Origin: Klebsormidium nitens | Taxonomy: Eukaryota; Plantae; Klebsormidiophyceae | Assembly: GCA_000708835.1 (NCBI GenBank) | Contig: DF237176.1 | Coordinates: 1 to 64,000 of the forward strand | Direction of reading: 5' to 3' | DNA length: 64,000 nt | Shown: one piece after another, positions 56,801-64,000 of the stretch | How the letters are laid out: the number at the start of each line of letters is the position of its first letter | How positions within the stretch are numbered: position 1 is the first letter of the stretch | The notes under the pieces: model-generated | Databases searched by the model: none | What the model was told of the DNA's origin: nothing | Seen by the model: the letters and a program-made list of their open reading frames with translations, nothing else | Position numbers and translations under genes: made by a program

Positions 56801-58374
56801 CAATCGGAAGGGCAGAAAAGATGGACCCCTCGCGCAACCCATACGGAACAGCTTGGGCATACTCTTACTGGATCAACTGTCAACATTGACACCCTAGGAC
56901 TGTTTTTCCTGAACCGTTGTTGGAGAGCTCTAGCCAGGGGGAACCCTTTGAATCCTGGCTGGGAATCTGCGTTCTTCTCCATCTCGACAAGATTTGAGCT
57001 TAATATTGACAACCGTCTTCCAATGTATGAACAGGGTTGGAGCTATGTCGGCGATCGGTTGCTGTCCGCTGTTGTCGCGTATGAGGAGTCGGGTTGGTAC
57101 GACGGCCAGCTGTGGGTAAAGCCCCCGGAGGTAAGGCTTATTGCATACATCCACTTTGCGCTCTACATACGTTCCGCAAATCTGAAATGAAGGCAACCAT
57201 TTGTCTCACTTGCCGCTAAGTTTGTGAACACTGGCTCGATTTTGACGTTGCGATCCGAACGCGCAAGAGATATCTGCTGCAAAGCTCTGTCCTAAGGTCA
57301 GGACAGCCGACAGCACTAAGTGTACGTAATCTGGCCCGTCTGCAGCAAGTTACCTGCAAAGTCGGGCTTCCTAGCCTCGATTTCCCCTCAAGGTTCTAGC
57401 TTGTCAAAAGATTCAGCGCAGCCAAGAGCAGACTCTCTGCGATAAACTTTTCGTTATCCATGGGAGTCAATTATTGTCCAAATGTTCGGACTCAAAAATG
57501 TCCAATTAATCATTCGGTCTCGCTTCTATTCAAATCTTGGTTCGCAAGGCTTGATCAAAATTTCGTCATCCCTGCAGATTTTGGCCCGCGACCGGTTGCT
57601 GGGTTCTTACCAAGTCAAGCCCATCTTGAACCGGTTGAAGCAGACGCTATTGGGCGCTGGGGGGGCGCTTATGGCGTCTGCAGTGTCTCTCGCGCTGCTT
57701 CTGCAAGCGGGGGAGCCCACAGACTTCATGGCGCGGAACAGAGAAATCGCGGCCGCATTGGCTGCTAAGGGGCTTCCTAGGTGGGTTGAAGTTTTTGCAG
57801 CCTTAGACCGGGTCGCGCGTCAAGAATAAACTCGTTCATGGAGTAACCACAAGCTATCTGATCGAACTGTGTGAAGTGATACTTGATATTGAGAACAAAC
57901 CGAATACTTCACATGCTGCGGTTTTGATAGGACGAAATGGGCTAGTCTCCGCTTTGGTACCTTCGCTCCTCTTAGTTCTCAGTCTGTTGCTTGCAGAGGG
58001 TGCAGGCTGTGCGCTCTGGTACCCCGTGCAAGCCCTAAGCCTGTCATATCGTGACGTCACCTTTGACGTTCTTTCTTTGCATGTGAGCTCCGCTTTTAGT
58101 GCAAAAAGATGCCCCACGACACTGCTCTTCTGTTCGACTTAGGCGTCGCTACCTGCACACCGATCCTTTTCGACCAAAACCTTCTAATAGCACGTCTTTC
58201 CTGTCATGCAGCATCGATGACGTCACGAATCCTCCGGATCTAGTTGCGTCAGACGACGACTTGGCAGCGGCGGCGGCGGCGGCCGCTGACGGGCGACCGG
58301 CATATTGCCGGGATCGCTATTATCGGGCATTGGCTGGGGGCCAGTACTGCAAGTGGGAGGATTTGCAACGGTAG
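53891..58374 (+). CDS. CGLD27: CGLD27 / Ycf36 (DUF1230) chloroplast protein, ~429 aa
   Basis: Exons 53891-54487, 55508-55660, 56403-56480, 57035-57130, 57578-57780, 58212-58374 sum to 1290 nt; GT-AG introns. Motifs VPTEQRPVNE, GWSYVGDRLLSAVVAYEESGWYDGQLWVKPPE, LARDRLLGSYQVKP, ADGRPAYCRDRYYRALAGGQYCKWEDL. The start codon is uncertain (alternative ATG at 54110). Confidence 0.93.
55371..55401 (+). repeat. Decayed duplicate of the CGLD27 intron-1 acceptor/exon-2 start
   Basis: tatccAG|gtccttgaattaacggcgtcgaa vs attccAG|gttaacgaattcaaggcgttgaa; gap-free, 127 nt apart. Confidence 0.6.
58040..58060 (+). repeat. Decayed duplicate of the CGLD27 intron-5 acceptor/exon-6 start with the AG deleted
   Basis: cctgtcat-----atcg-tgacgtcac vs functional cctgtcatgcAG|catcgatgacgtcac, 160 nt downstream. 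Confidence 0.6.
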
Positions 58375-58669
58375 CGCCAAGAGAGGAACGAAGGCTTGCA
58401 TATTTGTTTCTCGTGACCAATGTTGTCAAAATTTTCATGTTGGGTTGAAGACTGCCATTGTGTGCCACTACCATACGGTGATAACCAGCAATGCAATGTA
58501 CCTCGGGGTATCCAGATCTGTTGCACGTTTCGAAGTTGACGGTTGAATGTATGTGATTTGACATGTTGCATCTTTAGTAGGCAAGTTCATCAGCATTGAT
58601 TAGTTGGGTGAAATGCAACCTCGGATCGATATGCGTTTGTACTTATCAAAGTTGTTTTCATTGAATTGG

Positions 58670-59340
58670 GCGCTAGCCTCAAGGCTTCAAGTCGCTGGCA
58701 TCATGCATCATGCATGTCATGCCACATGGCAATTATGCTAGCTTCAATTGAAGCTTACTGCCTTACTGGATGCCGGGCTCATGCAGCCCGGCATCCAGTA
58801 ACAAGTGAAGGCTCATCAGTAAGGCCTTGATGATCCGGATCATCAGGCCGGATGATCAGCTGATGATCATCATTGATTGCTGATCGAGCGGCTCAGCATG
58901 CATGGACTCTGCACTGAGCGCCACTCAGCTAGGGCTCAGCGCGGCTGAGATATAGCTATAGCTAGATTGGTTATATACGGTGCACTAGTGACTCCATGGT
59001 AGCCTGGCCCATGCGCAGGCGCATTCCGACAGCATGCCTCGCATGCATGCCATGCATCATTGTGGCCGCCAGCCTGCATGATCGGATAGGTCGCACATAG
59101 CCGATGCATGCGCTGGCACTGCATGCCAATATAAAATTGAGTCTAGCTTGCATACGGCAGTCAACCACACATGTGCACGCCTACATTCGAGGTCGCTAGC
59201 TAGAGCTGCCCGATGCTGTGCCTGCCATGCAAGCGATCCAACTATAGAAAGTTGCGCGGCCATCCTGGACTGCAAACTTATACGGTATATGCAACATGTT
59301 TTGGATGCGAGTATTCGATGTTCGTTCAATATTTTGCACT
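58670..59340. repeat. Palindrome/hairpin-dense intergenic island between the convergent CGLD27 and LACS genes
   Basis: 16-bp palindrome 58740-58755; perfect 17-bp stem with 5-nt loop 58763-58801; 18-bp palindrome 58828-58845; 10-bp palindromes at 58855, 58862 and 58951; many gcatgc/atgcat. Confidence 0.7.
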
Positions 59341-59795
59341 GTCTTCGAGAGTCTAAAGGTCGTCTTCAACACCGCTAAGTCTGTCTCGTAACGAACACTG
59401 CTTGTACTGGAGTCTTATGGTGCCCGGCCTTTCACGCCCGCTAGGGTTACTATTCCACAAAACTCTTAGCAACCGTGAGCAAAGTAGTGTATCCGGTGTA
59501 TCCAGTAACCAACGCCAGAGAGAGCACCCACCAAGAGAGAGCACCCACGGTCCACCATGCCAGTAAGACACAATCTTCGGAGTCACTACGATCCTAAACA
59601 TATTCAGGGGTTGACCTGTTGATTTCCTGAAAGCTATCAAAAGACATGAGCTGACATGCATGAACAAATATCTGCTTCTATGCTGCTCAATGTGCCCGCC
59701 TTTACGCATCTAGCACTCGTCCTTTGTACACGTTGTTGCAAAGCCTCAATCGCAACAGGACAACGCTGCTGCTACGACCCTCAACCGAGCAGTTC

Positions 59796-62700
59796 TTAGG
59801 AGGTCTGAGTCTTCTTCAGCTCCTCATACAGCGCGTCGATATACGTCTGCAGAAAAAGAGCTTCTCAAATCAGCGCCGGTAGAAGAGCAAGATTCCAACC
59901 CGTTGCTTGCGAAGTTACGTTCAAAAGTAAGGTCCGGCCGGCAAACACACATCGTGCAACAATCAGCCAGCATTCAAAAATGCAAAGAAAAGTCTCACGG
60001 AGTACTATTTGAGCAAGTTTTGCGAAAAGTCCAATGAATTAGTAGTGTCACGTGAATCGTGACCGTAATTTGGAAGGTCACGAACAACCCAGCTTTGAGC
60101 TGAAACTTTGAGAGAAGATAACGAGAAAGAACGAGTTTCCTACCTTGTAGTGCTTCAACAGCTGGGGACGCTTCTTCTTGAAGCTGGGGGTGATGAGATC
60201 CTTGTCCACTGAGAACTCCTCGCCCTCCAAGTGCACTCCCTTCACGATCTCAAAGCCCTTCAGCTGCACACGTCAGATGTGCCGCGTCAGCAAAGCATTT
60301 TGACGGGCTGAACTCTTAGTCGAAGATTCCTTGCAGAGTGCTTCAGACGTCGGTTTTGGAGCGTCAACAAAGCAACAGGATCAGGCGAACTTTTAGCGAG
60401 CAGAGCGGGGAAGGGATCAAAGTATTCGGTTGGCCATTTGATTAATCTTGTGCATTCTGAAGTGCAATTCCACCGGATGCCTGCGAAGTCTGCACGGTGA
60501 GAACGATGCGAACAAGCAGAACTTGAAATTGACGATAAGTTGCGTCAATTTTTCCTCGAGTGTGCAATCCTGCTCGACGCCTGGAAATGATATAGGCTCA
60601 GCCGCCAGCAAACATTGTGGTAATATTATAAGCAGAGCTTTTCGACGCGCAAGGGGCATTGGGTTGCCGTGTTATCCCAGAGCCCATGCGAGCTGCAAAA
60701 GCGGGGAACCGTTCTGATGGAATGTAACTCCTTCTGGCCATGCAATCTCTTGACTTCAAAACTCAACCCGCCCGCAAGTCACGAAGTAGCATTGTGGAAG
60801 TATTAGCCGCCTGACTGCTGACTGCTGACGTTGGTTCGCACTGCCGAAATGACTCAATGAGACACCCGGCTTGCGGGATTTGCCGGCGACTTCCGAGTAT
60901 CCCGCATACCAGTTTCCAGCCATGTCTCACTTCGTTCAACCCCTATGCCTCAGATGAACGTGACAGCGGCGGATCCGACAAGATCGACGTGGAAGCGCGA
61001 GATTTGGAATCATGCGGAAAAACAAGCTCTGCGACTTGCCCAGCTTTCGTGAATTATAGAGTTAGCGCACGTCTTGAGTTTGTAAGCGACAACAGATAGG
61101 GAAGTGGGAAATCAATAAGCTTACCTTGGCTGCCTTGCCGGTCTTCGTAAGCTCTCCCAGGACGTACTTCGTCGCCTTGGGGTCCTTCACGATCGTTGCG
61201 AAGTCGCCGTCGACGCCATTGGCCTTGGCCCACGTGATCAGGTTCACCTCGTTGGGCACCACCACGGCAATCAGGTACGGCTCGAAGCTGTTGCCGTAAA
61301 CCCAGATCTGCACAAAACGGGTCAACGAGGGTCAGGATTGATGACAAATACCCTAAAACCCTAAAACCCAAAAACCTTACCACTTTCCAAGACTCTTTGC
61401 TGACGGCTGAAACCATGTAAGAGGTGACGGAAGGCTTGGACGCGGACACATTGCTTTTGAGTTACCGAGCGGTGCAAAGGCGGTGAAGGGTGACGTTGAG
61501 GAACAAACAAACTCGATCATGTATGGAGCCCGTCATGCGATGGTTAATGCAATTCGACGTGATACAATGTGTCTGCATTGTCACCATATGATTGCTTGAT
61601 CTGAGACTCGCAAAAAACAAAGCACGCTTATGTTCGGTTCTTCATTACAGATCAGGATTCCAACGTCGTCTGCGGTGCTACCTCTCCTTACCTGGTTGAT
61701 AAGGGTGTTCTGTCCGTACACGTTCTCCAGATTCTCCACAGCGACGTACTCTCCCTGCGACAGCTTGAAGATGTTCTTCTTCCGGTCGATCAGCTTCAGC
61801 GCGCCATTCGGCTGCCACTCCCCAATGTCACCTGAAGGGATTTAAGGTCGAATCAGACAAATGCCATTATCCTGAACACTTTGGCGAACAGACAAGGAAA
61901 CGTTGTTTCCACTTCCGATTCCTGATTGAAGGCTGACGAAGCAGTTTGTGGATACAGAAGGTGGGAGAGAGCTCGCCAGTTGCCACTTTCTAAAGTCATC
62001 TTCGGAACTCAGGGCACGCGAAGTTTCCTTGGGCTTAACCAGCGAGAGAACGGATCGAAGCATTCAGTGTCTCGACATGTCTCTTCATGTCGCAATATGT
62101 GTGGAGCTGGAGCAGGCTCCTAGGTCAAAAAGTCACAGAAGAGGGGGACTTGAAATTGCGGCACGTGCAACAGGAAGTGAAACAACGGCACGTCTGCAGG
62201 AAAAGATTGACCAGGACCCGGAAGGAAAAGAAAGCGAAAGAGCACAGACCCATATGCAGAGGTCTTAGACCGAGGGCAACCGTAAGACACACAGAAGCGA
62301 AAAGGTGGACACGACAAGACAATAAGTAGGAAAGAACAAGCAAAACGTGGAAGCATTGCAGCGCTCCTTACCCGTGTGGAACCACCCGTCAACGACCACC
62401 TCGCTGTACAGCTCCGGCTGCTTGTAGTACCCGCTGAACAGCGCCGGCCCGCGGAAGCAGACCTCGCCCCGCGCGGGCGTGCCGTTCGGGTCGTAGTTCA
62501 TCTCCGGGACGGCGGCCAGCCGGACCTCCTGCTGCGGCTGGGGGGGCCCGACGGTGCTGGCCATGGACGCAACGTTGGGGATGGCGATGCACCCGCCCGC
62601 GCAGTTCTCGGTCAGGCCTGCACGTCGTGGAGAAAGTTTAGAGCTCGAGTATCGGGAGTGTTTGACTAAAGACTCTGCTTTCGAGAGTCTGGGTGTCGGG

Positions 62701-63397
62701 GTTGGTGGAGCTTTGGATCTATACTCGTCCGTTGAGAAACGTCAGAGATCCAATGTCGGCAATCTTGGGTCGAACGGCTCTGTTTCTGAGGATCTGGGCA
62801 TTGAGGTTGGTGGAGTTCTGGATCTTTACCAACCTCACAGAAATGTAAACCCAAGAAGGCAAGAAAAAGGATGCCACGGACCGCAGCCTTGGACAGGCCT
62901 GCCGGTGGAGCTTCGCGGCTTATGCTGGATCGACATTGTAGAAATCTACTTTATCAGAGAAGATTTTGGGCACGAGATCTTCATGTGGAAGGATCGGAAC
63001 TGGGCGCATTGGCGCACAGCTTCCTCTACCTAACAGTTCTTTGCTGTGCCGCTTCCTCTGTAGTTGCAGGTCTGAACGTTGGCAGGGGATGTGTATCGAG
63101 CGTCCTCAGGAAGAGCGTATTCAGAGGAACAGGATATTCCGTTTAGACCAGTCCTGATGAACCAGAGCGACAAAGATGGGCATCTCAACTTGGAATTCAC
63201 AATCCAATCTTATAGAGCGTGGAACAAAGCAACGTGGCTGCGAAGTGAATTGGCCCCCCGTTGTGAGAAGACAGCTTACCATATCCCTGAACCACTGGCG
63301 CGCACATTGTGACCTTGAGGAAGTCCTCGACGTGGGGGGCAAGAGGGGCAGCCCCTGACAGGATGAGCCGCACGTTGCCACCGAGGCGCTGCTTGAC
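59796..63397 (-). CDS. LACS: Long-chain acyl-CoA synthetase (AMP-binding family), 3' six exons; 5' part lies beyond the window
   Basis: Exons 63397-63280, 62617-62372, 61831-61692, 61307-61125, 60263-60144, 59846-59796; GT-AG introns, phases consistent. Motifs LGGNVRLILSGAAPL, VQGYGLTE, RGEVCFRG, DGWFHTGDIGEW, IDRKKNIFKLSQGEYVAVENLE, LITPSFKKKRPQL. Confidence 0.95.
61351..61376. repeat. Short telomere-like tract (CCCTAAAA)2 CCCAAAAA CC in a LACS intron
   Basis: Read directly; it is the reverse complement of TTTTAGGG. Confidence 0.5.
62673..62829. repeat. Intronic imperfect direct repeat, ~52-nt core, 105-nt period
   Basis: ctctgctttcgagagtctgggtgtcggggttggtggagctttggatctatac vs ctctgtttctgaggatctgggcattgaggttggtggagttctggatctttac. 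Confidence 0.75.
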
Positions 63398-64000
63398 CTG
63401 TCGTCGAAAAAGGTTTGGACGTGGTCAGATGAGGTGGGTCTACCGGACTTTGGAGTTCCAAGCTTTTTTTGCGCACAGAAAGTTTCTGATTTCGAATCCC
63501 TGTGCCTTTCGAGTGGTTTCTGCCAGACGTTCCTTGCTCTTTGAAGACGGCACTGCCGGCACGGCCTTGGTCACACTAAACGTTCATTTGAGAAACTTTA
63601 CCAGCTCGCTTTACCGGTTCAGATGCTGGGAAGAAAGAGTCTCTTTGAATCACATTTGTAATCTTCTTAACACAGACTATCAGCCTTCAATATTGTAAAG
63701 GAGGCTCAAAAGGTGTCTCCGAACGAGGCTAAAACTGCAGAGGAGCCTCAAGAAAGAGGAGAGGTCAGAGGAACGAAACTTCTATGCCCAGCCTGTTTGA
63801 CGTCTATGAGCTGGGAGATGTCCCACAAAAACAGTCGGAAACAGGGATTTGTCAAAGACGTTGATGAAGTTGGTTACGAGCTTCGAACGAAGAAGAACGG
63901 GTGAGCGAGGAACAGCGAGCAAGAATCGTACCCGGAATAGAAAGGGTGCTGCAATGATGGCAGCCGAAAGCCAGGCAGTCCTGAAAACCCACTCTGTCTG

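Noticed and set aside
58825-58885. TGATGA and CTGA motifs as a C/D-box snoRNA
   Set aside because: The boxes arise from palindromic GATCATC/TGATGA low-complexity sequence; no terminal stem or antisense element was recognised.

Overview
Intron-rich eukaryotic genomic DNA with GT-AG introns and a land-plant-like gene set. It is most consistent with a streptophyte (charophyte, Klebsormidium-type) alga; the organism call is inference. Gene models were built by hand from splice sites and reading-frame phase. Left third: a tandem family of secreted proteins made of a long Cys-rich repeat array fused, via a DPHF motif, to a 'root cap' (PF06830-like) domain. It has a frameshifted copy A (1-4494), an intact 825-aa copy B (14864-20211) and a decayed fragment C (~21490-22970). 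A decayed minus-strand gene lies between A and B. Then, in order: an uncharacterised plastid membrane protein with two CxxC motifs (-, 24262-28018), a 314-bp Tourist/PIF-like MITE in a divergent promoter, a 24-exon 3140-aa BEACH protein (BchC type, +, 29357-50675), an intronless F-box/LRR gene (-), CGLD27/Ycf36 (+) and the 3' part of a long-chain acyl-CoA synthetase (-). Two main leads. (1) The DPHF/root-cap domain resembles the autoprocessing C-terminal domain of inter-alpha-trypsin inhibitor heavy chains, suggesting self-cleavage and possibly covalent attachment of the Cys array to a wall glycan. (2) Ten introns in three genes carry decayed tandem duplicates of their own splice junctions, mostly ~90-175 bp apart, most of them predicted poison acceptors. 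Palindrome-saturated islands also sit at all three tail-to-tail gene junctions. No rRNA, tRNA or CRISPR was recognised.
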